Source of the DNA: Monocercomonoides exilis PA203
Lineage: Eukaryota; Protista; Preaxostyla
Direction: 5' to 3'
Length of the DNA stretch: 64,000 nt
NCBI GenBank assembly: GCA_001643675.2
Contig: LSRY02000011.1
Location: 806,001 to 870,000, forward strand
Made by a program: the position numbers and the translations under genes. Within the stretch, counting starts at the first letter, position 1. Each line of letters opens with the position of its first letter. This document shows positions 39,201 through 49,500 of the stretch, one piece after another. Under the pieces are notes generated by a model. It saw only the letters and a program-made list of their open reading frames with translations, searched no databases and was not told the origin of the DNA.

Positions 39201-42200
39201 GTGATGTGGAGTTCATCAGGCAGAATGCGATCTATGGGATGGATGCGGGAGAGCACAAAGAGGAGGCTATGGACTTGATGAGTCTGATTGTGAAATACCA
39301 GTCAGACACGATTGTGGTGTCGAGCAAAGAAGGGAAAGGGGGAAGCAATGAGCAACAGTGTGGGAAGCCTTCACTTCCTTGTGCTACGATTGGATTTGGG
39401 CTGAGACATCTAACACACGATTTCTTCAGCCAGGTGTTTGTAGATGAGGAATCTGTGATTGATGAGGAAATTGGATTGGAGACACTTACACTGAGCGGGA
39501 TGCATGAAGTGCAGAGTCGAGTGATTGTGAAAGGGAGGATGAATTGCAGCAAAGAAATGATTGTGGAGACAAATGGGCAGGTGTATATTCGATGGATTCA
39601 ATTTGCATTTGAAGAAGTGGAATCAACACCAACTCCACTTCCAACGGAACATTCATCGTTCATGAAGATAAGTTCAGGAAAGACATTTATCAGCATGTGT
39701 TCATTTGAGGAAGTGAGCTTGTCTGAGAGGGAAATGGTGGAAGTGCCATTCTGTTTGATATTCGTGGAAAGAGGGAAATGCTCAATGCGGAATGTGAGTG
39801 TTATATGGCTTTCATTTTTGAGTGAAGCAGCCATGATTATGGAAGAGGATACTGAAGTGAATGTGTTACTATTCAGAAATATTGAGGGAAAAAAAGATTG
39901 TTTGAAGATCAGCGGAGCTGGAAATTCGAGAATGGATAATGGATGGATGGGGAGTGCGAATGGAAAAAAAGAAGAAATGATGAATAGAGAAGAAAGTAAA
40001 TTTTCATTTTCGATTTTGTCATCTTCATTTGAGAACATCACATGCGTGGATGAGAGTGCAGATGTGATTGATGTTGAGGAGATGGAAGGAAATGTGGAGT
40101 TTTCGAACTGTTCATTTGGTGGGTGTTCATCGAGAAGAAAGAAAGGGAAAATGATATCGCTTTTGAGGAGCAAAAACATTCAGATGAGGCAATGCTTATT
40201 TGATGGGAAAATAAGTGAAAATCAATCGAATGAAGAAGTGGATGTGTGCAAATGGAATGGATCAGTTGTTGAGGTGAAGGAGAGCTCAGGGGAGATAAGG
40301 GATACGAGTTTTGTGAACTGCTCTGATGGAGGTCTTTCTATTTGGGGAGGAAGTGTGGAGATTGAAGATGGCAAATTTGACAACAATAACCCATCAATTG
40401 ATGGATATCCATCATTGAGAAGAAATATCATCTGTTCTAATTTGGGGTCGTTGAATGTGATGAGTTTGAAAGGAGGAGATGGATGGGAAAGAAACACATC
40501 ATTGTGGATTCTGGATGAAGGATGCGAATTGGGAGGAATTATTTCTGAGAGATCATCATCACTGTTCATTCCAGTTGTGGAAGAGGCGAGGAATGAAACA
40601 GCATCTGATGGGAGAACAATCATCACGCTGACTGGGAGACTTCTTCTACCATGCAATATTTCGTTGAAGTTGAGCTTCAGGAATGGAAGGGAAGAGGTGG
40701 TTGAGAGCTATGGGATTGGTGAAAAGGAAAGTGTGTCAGAGAACGAAATTGTTGCAGTTGTTTCATCGGCTCAGATGGCAGCAGTGGGAGCAGAGACGGA
40801 AGTGTCTGTGAGTCTTCTGTTTGGAAAGATTGATTCGCCTTCATCAACTGATTCATTTATTCTGAAGAACAGAAGCGAAACCCAAGGAAAGGGAGATGAC
40901 AGAATTGTTGAAGGAGGAAAAGAAGGAAAATCTTACTGGTTGCTGATCGTGATAATTATGGGAATCATATTGATAATCGTTCTTGTTGTGTCCTTTGTTC
41001 TGGCAGTTCGATGGAGAAGGGCAAAGAACGAGAATAAAGATCTGAGAGAGATTGTGAATGATTCAGTGAAAAAGGATCCAAAGCTAATCGAGATGGTGAC
41101 GATGGAGATGTCACCTGAGGAGCAGTGGAGGAGAGCAGAAAGGGAGGCAGAAAAGAAGAATGAAGAGAATGCAAGGAAGAGGGTGTATGAGAAAAGTTTG
41201 GGACATTCAGAGTCTTCAGAGCACCTTCTTTCTGAGAGCGGCTCTACTGAATACATCTTGGGGAAGGACTCAGACAAGATTCCAGAATGGGTGCTGGAGA
41301 AAGATGAAGAAGAAGAGATAAGGAAGAGAACTCCTTCACCTTCAATCTCATCCACTTCAACAACTGATTCAGATTCCACTTTTGTTCGTGGGGAGGATCT
41401 GTGCCCCACCACCTCGTCCATGTCGAATCTGGTGGATGCAATGGCCTGCTCATCTCCACACGAGAAATTGATTGTGGATTTGAGGGATTCGCTGTTCATG
41501 CTGCTGCACGGAAGGAACGAGAAGAAGGAGATGGCGATTGGAAGTTTGCAGGAGAGGGAGGTGACAGCTGCTCAGATTCTGTTCTGGGTAGCGAATGGAG
41601 CACTCCACTCATTTGATGAAGAAAAGGAATTGCCTTCTCTGGCCAACCTCAGTCCGCACATTGTTCTGTTCTCCGAGCACATGGTGATCTGCATTGCCCT
41701 CCACTCCGACTGCTCATCTTCAGATGATTCTGATTCATCATCCATCTGTTCGATGTCCATTGTTTCTTCATCCTCGTCAAATATTTCAGTGAAGAGCGAG
41801 AGATTCACCGACTCACCACCACCTTCATCAGCGTTTGAGGATTGTGAAGACAACAGGAAGGAGTGTCTGAGGTGGAAAGCACCCGAGCTGCAGATGAACA
41901 AGAAGATGGGAGCAACAAAGGAGTCAGTGGCATTCTCGATTGGGATGATGGTGTGGGAGTGTCTGACACTGGATATCCCATTTGGGGAGTATGAGGCAGA
42001 GGTGGCAGGAGATAAGATATCGAAAGGAGAGAGGCCGAATGCTGAGAAGATCCGAGGGAGTGAGCTCTATGAGCTTGTTTGGTCATCGATGGGAAAGGAC
42101 TGGAACGATCGTCCGACACTGAGCGAGATGAAGCGGGAGTTTTATGGGCATTTCCCAGAAGGGGCTGTGATTGCGACGATGTCGGATGCGATCTGTGAAA

Positions 42201-42286
42201 GGGGTGGGGGGAGTGCGAGAGAGAAGGGAGGCAGTTTTGTGAGTGGGGAAGAAGTCTATTCGACAGTTTTTGAGAACACATCATAA
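33248..42286 (+). CDS. Giant (3012 aa) single-pass receptor-like protein with five Cys-hinged beta-helix-like ectodomain modules and TK/TKL-like pseudokinase tail
   Basis: Uninterrupted ORF with a hydrophobic N-terminus. GGG/GGAI and FxxN motifs; five GxDxxxCGxxxxPC-type motifs. TM segment WLLIVIIMGIILIIVLVVSFVLAV-RWRR. LRWKAPE and SVAFSIGMMVWECLTLDIPF. The tail is nearly identical to that of 27-6071. Confidence 0.9.
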   Translation: MYLTFTIVASCFAIFNSKELLGKEINQLDTTVMLQLQQFNSNTRAQQIFQYSSILSTLQVKNSSLSASNILQYHSEREPCFFVCKRGHLNIKEFTISFSSKNSPFALDEGFIHSANLSIFTFKPFAHIPKLFCSSLPKNFDNGIREIILSDSSFSSFKLTSIPFSTPNASCFVKASGLKMANISVASGAQREMDLRARTETTIEGCSFFSVWDVIYGGISRSVNSPCASLRATNSSFKCCFRTMNVDESGGSNMTRQELGADEAHSFTDCTWSDKNTTDVGSSIFLRGSSTLECTRCTFKNMIQSYDGTVDVQSAAGVKMSYCNFTNCISWINTGGMIVYNLKGDYTFSGCIFCECKAIANYSGGLRIQQLSGNGTESIEKCRFIHNEAGSFCGGLYVELHSNSYLISECEFEGNMANGTGTGTLKGGGGAIFMITASWMETDTPPKTISFCFFSGNKAENEEGHDVKIKDSFLKGTPFESSLSTTSAKRVFYNDSQTDYDVWLPTIQTTYARADGIEGPICGTTQTSPCNMIEQAFNMIEKGAEGTVNILQSTFSSTALFIGGGDISFKGESESECIISTKLLNSHECLFTLDSGSMGLTLVTIRHNSAESSSSLFEMRTEAQSLTLKNVIISGADDGQTHSFVVSPFKVILEKTKMENCLIEDIGLGDYSLFEEEEDSGVGRGMLGNVTIQRISRMRGNGVIFSTESERSDSCELENATFRNCVCKEGNGGTIAWSIGQSGIFKIGRGEVTTLIGECGAEKGSGEEKGRGGGVYLELSTPSSVFEIVNVRFENNYAEHGMNVFIASNQLELVPKGRFGFVSDLSEKANEVEGVGDTNNATLVIPIVCYLLDVPRSEIYVSASGADHPRCGHTFFECRTLNCPIEREENTPADGTTTATIKVWNGIEVCSPVVFSKMVRVIEGIGDDGSLVIGGEEACKGDEEGCDGVFMVLNETRIRKIELVMPSVLEYHEAIFQLKGETLNLSECVVTFGVGVNFVEYSLLVVEKGEANVTSLRLDSMRFEKPGIKANGGLSSVSLKNVELNDITFGGERGFIVCERGSTLTGESVIASGCEIGESSMIWAGSNCIARMSECKWSSCNFVDSGAIRGSEAKEISIWGCNGSNIRVSEGDGGIVYGVVGEGGMVDVWNTSVERCVAEKGNGGGMRIEMKGDVQLKIRSEEEVALMKKCAAGEEGTTNGGGCGGGLWLGIEGERYGFDLSGVRFEENRARSGRDVYVVCDDMRRVVNGSSFSFSGGISERENSLMGKDGQKFLSEVDLFIFIDGYSSSIIEVESENGDNGIWCGEENCPCGSVDYGIGRLGGEGEKKIVISGSTSVEKVGDVSGVRIEGKYNKKKKVVVEKGIEGEGESVLDSKGLSVFVNVGFELPGSFNQRREVVISLSTASGVLEMELCSFLMQEGEEEAIEYRIIKSSGQAVRMKWILINNFKTKKCLMDLSLLGMEQNGGENEVVSISNCSFWSLSVVGSDESAVICADVRKVMKIEQSNMSDIAGGESMSGGAVRVHILDSGMIHVKEGMLERCLAEKMNGGKGGWLYVNCGERRGGMPFKFEGVKFAENEAFVGKNMFILDSDLNVTVRSETFAIDVEGMEDDQNLFAGSDEKRINTDLLRFVIEYRSERIVVWEKGDDVVRCGSEEDPCETLEMGMRHIERGGERKVVGLKEKIRVEGEHDLSGFEVESVGAGYDEMEYGAVVLGSEGESGAKVCLRNSGAVTLRALEMCVMNVLESGESGMIVSEGGKVEWEDCSISWKGKKEGMGDVAFCVVKKGELEMKRFKVLSYFGKRSMFVVGGEVVSVTDEFTVIEAKLESGSLFEIEGEIDERVEEGANGGGEMRMKNCSIGSVEGEGTDPSVISSRSGSGVKLVVKDSLFEGCSCGRSTKGGEMLFELNEGGLFDVVNTSVKQCGCSVSEGKGGGVYLKTELRGELDYVFDGVIFRRNTAFIGNDVFIVCDCIERQINETQFNIDFRDVEFIRQNAIYGMDAGEHKEEAMDLMSLIVKYQSDTIVVSSKEGKGGSNEQQCGKPSLPCATIGFGLRHLTHDFFSQVFVDEESVIDEEIGLETLTLSGMHEVQSRVIVKGRMNCSKEMIVETNGQVYIRWIQFAFEEVESTPTPLPTEHSSFMKISSGKTFISMCSFEEVSLSEREMVEVPFCLIFVERGKCSMRNVSVIWLSFLSEAAMIMEEDTEVNVLLFRNIEGKKDCLKISGAGNSRMDNGWMGSANGKKEEMMNREESKFSFSILSSSFENITCVDESADVIDVEEMEGNVEFSNCSFGGCSSRRKKGKMISLLRSKNIQMRQCLFDGKISENQSNEEVDVCKWNGSVVEVKESSGEIRDTSFVNCSDGGLSIWGGSVEIEDGKFDNNNPSIDGYPSLRRNIICSNLGSLNVMSLKGGDGWERNTSLWILDEGCELGGIISERSSSLFIPVVEEARNETASDGRTIITLTGRLLLPCNISLKLSFRNGREEVVESYGIGEKESVSENEIVAVVSSAQMAAVGAETEVSVSLLFGKIDSPSSTDSFILKNRSETQGKGDDRIVEGGKEGKSYWLLIVIIMGIILIIVLVVSFVLAVRWRRAKNENKDLREIVNDSVKKDPKLIEMVTMEMSPEEQWRRAEREAEKKNEENARKRVYEKSLGHSESSEHLLSESGSTEYILGKDSDKIPEWVLEKDEEEEIRKRTPSPSISSTSTTDSDSTFVRGEDLCPTTSSMSNLVDAMACSSPHEKLIVDLRDSLFMLLHGRNEKKEMAIGSLQEREVTAAQILFWVANGALHSFDEEKELPSLANLSPHIVLFSEHMVICIALHSDCSSSDDSDSSSICSMSIVSSSSSNISVKSERFTDSPPPSSAFEDCEDNRKECLRWKAPELQMNKKMGATKESVAFSIGMMVWECLTLDIPFGEYEAEVAGDKISKGERPNAEKIRGSELYELVWSSMGKDWNDRPTLSEMKREFYGHFPEGAVIATMSDAICERGGGSAREKGGSFVSGEEVYSTVFENTS

Positions 42287-42944
42287 GCAACAAAGAAGAC
42301 AGAAAAGCAGGAGATGAAAGAGAAGTGAAGAGACATGAATCAGAATCTTGAGGAAAAAAAAAAGAGAGAAAGAGAGAGATCAAAGAGGAATGTGATATTT
42401 TTTTACATCGAAGAATCATCGGGAGTGTTTATGAGATGTGTTTTGCAATTTGGTGGTGTTTCTTCTTTTCAGTGTATTTATTTTTATTTTTTTGATTATT
42501 ATTTGTTGAGAAGAGGAGTTTGTTTGATTTTGGATGGAAGTGATTTGACGATCACGCAGTTGTTCACAGCTCAAAGAATGATTGTTGCTGTTGAAAGAAT
42601 TTAAGCTTATTTCAAGGCTCTTTCTTTCATTTATTAATAAAATTACACAGCGAAAATAAAGGAGCTCATTCTTGTTTTTACAGAAAAATCAAATCATGAA
42701 AAAGCGACGTGCAGACTTCCCAAAATTTCCTTCAACTCATTATTATTTTTTTTCCCCTTTACGAAGACAAATAACAGAATTTTTCAATACATAAACAAGA
42801 TATAAAAATTAAGCCTGGTAACTTTAAAATAAAAAAATCAAAATGTTAAAGATAATAACACCATAATTCCGAATTTCTTCAAATATAATTATTTATTTTT
42901 TTTAAATATTTAGAAAAATGGATTTAAAAACAGATCTTATTTAT

Positions 42945-44528
42945 TTACTTGTCTTTCTCTTCTTCATTACTTGAACAAGTTTTGTACATATCGCAGAAGA
43001 ATGCTATCATTCTTGAATAATTTTCAAGAGTTAGACTTTCATTTGTGGAATGTAGCGTTTCTTTATCCCTGTTTGAGACTAACATCGGAGTAAATCTGTA
43101 GACATTATCAGATACTAAATAATACTTCGCCCCGTCAGTCCCTCCCATCACCAAAAATGGAGAGGTTATAACACCAGGAAACACTTTTCCAATGGAATTA
43201 ACAAGACGTTCGTAAGCCTTGCAGTTTGTCGGAGAAACAGGAGAAGGTTCTTCTGCCAAAATTGGACGAACAGTAATCGACATTCCTGTTGCATTTTTTG
43301 ATGAAGTTGTAGTAGTAGTTATTGTTGTCGAAGAAGAAGAAGCGGAGGAAGAGCTGTTTTTTAGTGAACAGTCTGAATCAGAAGACGTGGCTCCAATCAC
43401 ACGTTCGATATAATTTTGTGCATTTTTTGCGCTGTCAGTCGGCAGAATGCGGCAGTTAACGATGGCAGTTGCGTGCTGTGGTAACATGTTGGGTTGTTCT
43501 GATCCTTTCATCATTGTCGCAGCGAAAGTTGTTCGTATAATGGAATTAGTGCTTTCATTCTTCCCGAGAATCGATTTTATAACTGGCTCGAACAAAAACA
43601 AATTAGCCACTGCCACTTTAACCATTAGTCCCATTTCAATGCATATATTCTCCAGGAGTTCTCGAACCACAGAAGTCAGAACTGCAGGTCGTGGATGAGC
43701 TTCAAGCTTGGTGATGCATGACGATAAAATGCCGATTGCTGTGTGTTGCGGAGGCATTGAAGAGTGACCACCTGGGGATTTCACAGAAATCTCAAAGTTT
43801 GCTGCTCCTTTTTCAGCAACCCCAACAACAGCAATTGGCGACTTCACTCCAGGAATAACTCCTTGAACCACAAATCCTCCTTCATCATAAACTCCATCAA
43901 ATCGAATTCCCTTTGAATGAAAATATTTTGCGATATTTGTTGCACCCTGCTTTCCTCCAACTTCTTCATCAAAGCCAAAAGCAAAATAAATATCTCTGTC
44001 AGGTTTGAAATCCTCCTTCAAAAGTTTTTCTATTGATTCCATATGAGCAATAACCTGAGATTTGTCATCGAGAGTGCCTCTTCCCCAAAACCTTCCTTCG
44101 GCAACTTGCCCAGAAAAGCAAGGATATTTCCATAATGATTCAGTTCCTGGCTCAACACGAACAACATCATAATGAGATGTAAACAGGATGGGTAGCATCT
44201 TTTTTGATGTTCCATTCCATTTATAGACAAGTCCATATGTGTTAACTCTTGTAAATTCAAGTGATTTGTGAAGAAGCGGATATGTTTTTCCAACGTATTC
44301 AACAAAATCATCAAACGGTTTGAGATCAGTTTCTTCGTAGTTTGCATTACTAACCGTTCTAATTTGAATTGCGCCCTGAAGTCGCTTTATCATTTCATCT
44401 GTTGGAGGTGGATATTCAGGCATTTTTGCTTTTTTAGTCAACATTTTCGGTTTGAATGACACAGTCCGATAAATTATAACAATTACCAATAAAAGTAATC
44501 CAATTAAACAGAATTTAGTAATTATCAT
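42945..44528 (-). CDS. M20 family metallopeptidase/amidohydrolase (carboxypeptidase S / PM20D1-like) with N-terminal signal anchor
   Basis: Metal and catalytic motifs SHYDVV, GRGTLDDKS, GFDEEVGG, DEGG, GGHSSMPP, GGTD, LHSTNE. Hydrophobic N-terminus; intronless. Confidence 0.92.
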   Translation of the reverse strand: MIITKFCLIGLLLLVIVIIYRTVSFKPKMLTKKAKMPEYPPPTDEMIKRLQGAIQIRTVSNANYEETDLKPFDDFVEYVGKTYPLLHKSLEFTRVNTYGLVYKWNGTSKKMLPILFTSHYDVVRVEPGTESLWKYPCFSGQVAEGRFWGRGTLDDKSQVIAHMESIEKLLKEDFKPDRDIYFAFGFDEEVGGKQGATNIAKYFHSKGIRFDGVYDEGGFVVQGVIPGVKSPIAVVGVAEKGAANFEISVKSPGGHSSMPPQHTAIGILSSCITKLEAHPRPAVLTSVVRELLENICIEMGLMVKVAVANLFLFEPVIKSILGKNESTNSIIRTTFAATMMKGSEQPNMLPQHATAIVNCRILPTDSAKNAQNYIERVIGATSSDSDCSLKNSSSSASSSSTTITTTTTSSKNATGMSITVRPILAEEPSPVSPTNCKAYERLVNSIGKVFPGVITSPFLVMGGTDGAKYYLVSDNVYRFTPMLVSNRDKETLHSTNESLTLENYSRMIAFFCDMYKTCSSNEEEKDK

Positions 44529-46548
44529 TTCAAAGATTTAACGATAAAGTCAAATAATCTTTTTCGAATATTCCCCTAATTACATAATTTCGATCAAAAA
44601 ATGTTTTGATTCATATATATTCATAATATTTAAATGTTTGCATAAATATTTTTCACTTGGTAAAGATACATTTTTTCCTTTAGAGATTTAAAGTTTATTT
44701 TTCTTTGAGCTCCAGATCTCAAATTTTTAATAACATTATCTGTTTTGTATGAAATTCACAAGGTTACAAAAGCAAACATGAAAAAAGATTGCGCTTTCAG
44801 AAGCAAATGAATCTCAAGATGAATCTCCGAATGCTATTTTTCTGATCAATGGGGAAATTTGGTAGATTGAAAAGATATTGTACAGTGAAAGAAGCATGCG
44901 CTTTTTTGATTCGAAACAGACGCTTCCTAGAATGAAAGACAAAAAGAAGAAAATTATTCATGAATAACGTTGAGCAGAATATGGAATGTGTCTTTGAACT
45001 CGACATTTGTTAAAACACGACTGCGAACGTTTAACAACATCTTCTATTTTACTTGAAATTTTTTAATAAGCGATCTTTTTGAGCTCTAGATGGAACAACT
45101 ATTAGCTTTTTTCTCACGTTCGATTTTTTCAATTGCAATTCTTCTGAGCAGCCAAAAAAATCTTTGAAGGAAACTTTTGGAAGATACAAATCTTCTGAAT
45201 CACTGAAAGCATCTGATGTTGCTCGTTCTTCAAAATAGCCAGCACAAAAATAAAGCGTCAAACAGAGAAAGAAAAACTTATTTCGGAAATTGCAGTTATA
45301 TCCCACAGAAATTCTGATGAACAATGCTTGAATGTTACAATTCCATTTTCTTTGCGAATATATCTGTTTAACTGCTGTGTGATTTTTCCTTTTTCTAAAT
45401 GACTGAAATTTTCATTTTTGAACAGAATGAACTGATCCACTTTCACATTGATAAGAGAATAGAAAGAAGAGGAAGAAGATGACGATGAATCCGGTTAAAC
45501 AAGAAATTTCATTCGCTCAGCAATTGACTTTGCTGATAGAAGAGATTATTCTGATGAATCCAGATGCAATTTTCACCCTGTAAAGAAAACGCTTGTCTGC
45601 CTCAAAGAAGAGTTGACTTAACGAGAAAATGATTGACTAGATGCATTCGATTTGTCATTTTGAGCTAAGATGTTTATAAGCAAAACACAGAAGATGGGAA
45701 ATATTCTTGTGTGCTTTGCTTAACGAACGATTGAGAGAAAAAGGTGAATTCAAAGAGCAAGAATACTCATCAAAGCTATCTTGAAGATGATTTATTTTGT
45801 TGTCCAGAAGCAAACTCAAAATACTTATCAAAAATCTGCTGCTTGTCAAATCGTCAAAAAGATTCATAAAGAAAATAGATGATATGGATTATGAAGTTTT
45901 GTGCGATAAGTTGATGAGCTTTGTTGATTTCATTGTAAGAAAAAAACTTACAGAACTATCCATTTCGTATGCTAATTTATGTGAATGATTGCTCTTTTGA
46001 GTTTTCAAGCTGTGTATTTGATTTTGAGCTCAAAAAGAATTCATCTCTCTTCATCTGATTCAACTTCCAATTTTCTCTTCTTTTGTTAACTAAACATCCC
46101 AATCCAATTTTGTGAAATTAGAATTTCATGGATATGAGTGTTTTTAAAAACCCACTTTGCTTCAAAATTGTCATTTTAAGAATTTGAAAAACTGTGATAA
46201 TAATTCTTTGTTTTGATTTAAAAACGAATTTTTCTAAATTTTTAGCGCCTTCAATATCAAGAGTTTATATATATGTATGGAAATATTTTTACTCAATACC
46301 GTATGTTTATGATTCAAAAATTGTGAGTCTCAATTTTTTGAAGAATTAACTCGATCAAACCTATAATAAAAATCTGAATTATTCTTGTGATAATTTTTAT
46401 TCGTATGCTGCAACTTTGCTTTCTTTCTTTTGTATTCAAATTAATTTTTCATATATACATTATTGCAACTATTCTATTTTATGAAAATTTGTGTTGTTTT
46501 CATTTTTTATTCGCATTTTAGAGATTATTGAAAAAATCCAAAATATCA

Positions 46549-49500
46549 ATGAGCACATATTTTTCTGAATCCATGACTTTGTCATATCGTCCAGATCTTG
46601 GTGTATGCTCGATTGCCGCACGAGATATTAAAGCTGGAGAAGTTATCTTGGAGGAAAATCCATTAGTCTATTTAGTCGTTGAATCAATTGAAAAAAATGT
46701 TTGTCACAATTGTTTGAAGGAACTGCCCACTAGCGAGCTTATAGAATGCGATTGCAGATATGCTCGTTATTGCTCGTCGGAATGCAAAAAAGAACATTGG
46801 ACAAAAGAATTTCATTGCGATGAATGTGAAATAATAAAAAATACTCCAAGGCCAGATCCCTTAAATTACTTTCTTTTATTGCTTCGCTTTTACATAAGAA
46901 TGAAGCACTCTGATTCATTAAGTAATGAATGGGACAAAGGCGAAATGGTTAAATACCTTACAACCAACCTTCAGACTCGCAAAAAATTCACTGAAGAAAC
47001 ATTTAAAAGCGAAATGGAAAAAACGTATCCCCGCAAGCGAGCACATGAAGTGGCGGATTTGTTGTTTGTTGAAGATCGACCAGACACTGTAAAGGATATG
47101 GAAAAGCAGTATACGAGAATGATGTCGATGCTTGTTAATGCGAAGCTTGGTGTGGATGGGCGCGGCCCAGGGCGTGTGATGAAAGGCGTGAACTGTGTGG
47201 AAGAAGGCTCGCTGCTGTTGCTGAAGATGATCCAGGCAGAGCACTCGACGGAGACCACAAAAGGCGGGGTGGCGAAGATCTGGGGGGTGTTTCCGAGGCA
47301 GACGATGATGGCGCACAGCTGCTGGCCGAACTGCGACTTTGTGTTTGACGGCGCGAAGAACTACAAGCAGGTGGCGCTGCGGGACATCCGGAAAGGGGAG
47401 CCGATCTTCTTCAAGTACAGCGAGACAGCGCGGTCGCGCGTGGTGCGGTCGGAGGTGCTGAAGGAGAAGCACCACTGCCTCTACGGCTGCAAGTGCCCAA
47501 GGTGCCTGGCGCCTCCGACGATTCGGCCGATGAAGCAGATGCGGATGTGGACAAAAGAGCAGACGGCGAAGCGGAGGGAGAAAGTGCGTGCGAGAATCGA
47601 GGAGGTGGAGAGGGAGAGGATGTACAGGGAGATCAATGAGAGGAGGAAGAAGGAGGAGGCAGAGATGCTGGAGAGGAAGAAGGAAGAGGAGGAAGAGGAA
47701 GAAAGGATGCGAAAGGAAGCTGAAGAAGAGAAGAAAAAGAAGAAGGAGAAATCAGGTTCGTTTTTCTCGAAGCTGTTTAGTGGTTCACTTTTCTCAAAGA
47801 AGAAACCAAACAGCGAAGTTGCCAATGCGCCTGATGACTTGGATGATGAGAGGAATCTGATTGAAACACAAAGGAAAGCAGAGAAAGAGAGACTCAAAAG
47901 AGCTTCAAATACAACTAGCACTGCAAATTCAGCATCAGACAGCACAGCTTCAATCGACTCATCATCGTCTTCTTCTTCTTCTGCTTCATCCAAGCCAGAT
48001 CCTCACTCGCCCTTTCAAGTTGCAAAGTGTGGTGTTCCGTATGTGATGACACGGAACACGATTGAGATTCCGTATTTGGGCTTATCATTGCCAAGAAAGT
48101 ATTACACAATTGAAGACGTGCCTTTCTCTCTGTTCCTCTTTCTGAAGGAAGACAACCCGTTCAACTTCAACATGAAGACAAACAAATACACCACTTTCCA
48201 TTCAGAAGCGAGTGAAACCATAAAACTTGCGATTGCTGGGCCGACCGAGCCGTCGCCGTCGCTTTCTTCGTTCACATTGGCTCATTTCCCTTCAGCCACT
48301 GGCCCACCATCGTCACATTCTTTGGCGAATGCTTCTGCTTCTGCTTCATCATCATCATCATCTTCTTCTTCTTCTTCTTGTTGTTGTTGTTGTTGTTCTT
48401 CTCCCTCTCCCACTTCTTATTTCACATCAGATGCCGATGGCTTCTGTGAGGAAGAAGTCGACGACTGGCTGCAGGACTCGTTTGTGTGTGAGTGCGGTGC
48501 GATTGTGCGCTTTGGAGAACGAAGCACTCTATGTCCGATGTGTGAAAGAGACACAGAGGCAGAAGAAGAAGCGAAAGCAGCAAGGGAAGTAGAGAAGAAG
48601 ATGGACGATTCGTGGCTGGATGAGCTGGATGAAGACTCGGACGAGACAGAAAAAATGGCGAGGGAGATAGAGAAGGACGAGGAGAAGGCGAAGAAGAAGG
48701 CGGAGAAGAAGAAAATGGAGAAGGAAAAAGAAAAGAAGAAGGAGAACGAAAAGAAGATGAAAGAAAAAGAGAAGAAGAAAGGAAAAGGAAAAAGCAAAGA
48801 CGAAGATGATGAGGGTGAGGAAAAAGAGGAGGTAGAAGAAGAAGATGAAAAAGAAGAACATGATGATGAAGATGAAGAAATAATTGTAGACGGGTACAAA
48901 GAAGAAGATCTGGACCAACTGGATGTGCGAAAGAGAGAAACGCGGCAGGACCGATACGAAGCGAGCGAAAAACGGCGGAACGATTTTGAAGTGTTTTTGG
49001 ACAAGTTCTCAAAAGTGGATTTGTTGAGGACGGGGACGAATATAACAGACTTGGAGCAGCAGAAGATGTTCAACATGGCACTGGGAGAGCTGGCGAAGCA
49101 GCCGATTGTGACGAAAAAGTGGATCAGCAAGTTTGACAGAGACAAGAAGGAGATGCGGAGGAAGTTGGAGTTGGAGAGGAAAGCGGAGATGGAGAAGAGC
49201 GCAATGAGAGATGGAGAAGGTGGGGGAGCGGTGCTGGGAGCTTCGGGTTTGTCTGCAGCGCAAACAGCTGCTGGAATAGAAAGTGCGTCTTCTTCCTCTT
49301 CCTCTTCCTCTTCCTCTTCCTCTTCCTCTTCCTCTTCCTCGTCTTCCTCTTCTTCTTCAAGTTCATCTTCCACTTCCAAAGACTCAGAGCCAGAGCAAAC
49401 GTTGACGTTCCGTCTGCATCCGTCGCACTATGCCTTTTATATGACTGACTGCGAGAAATGTCTTCAGTTCTCAAAGGAAGAAAAATGGGAAGAAGCATTC

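Noticed and set aside
44780-46000. Short ORFs on both strands that may be a decayed gene
   Set aside because: No recognisable motif or consistent exon chain could be built.
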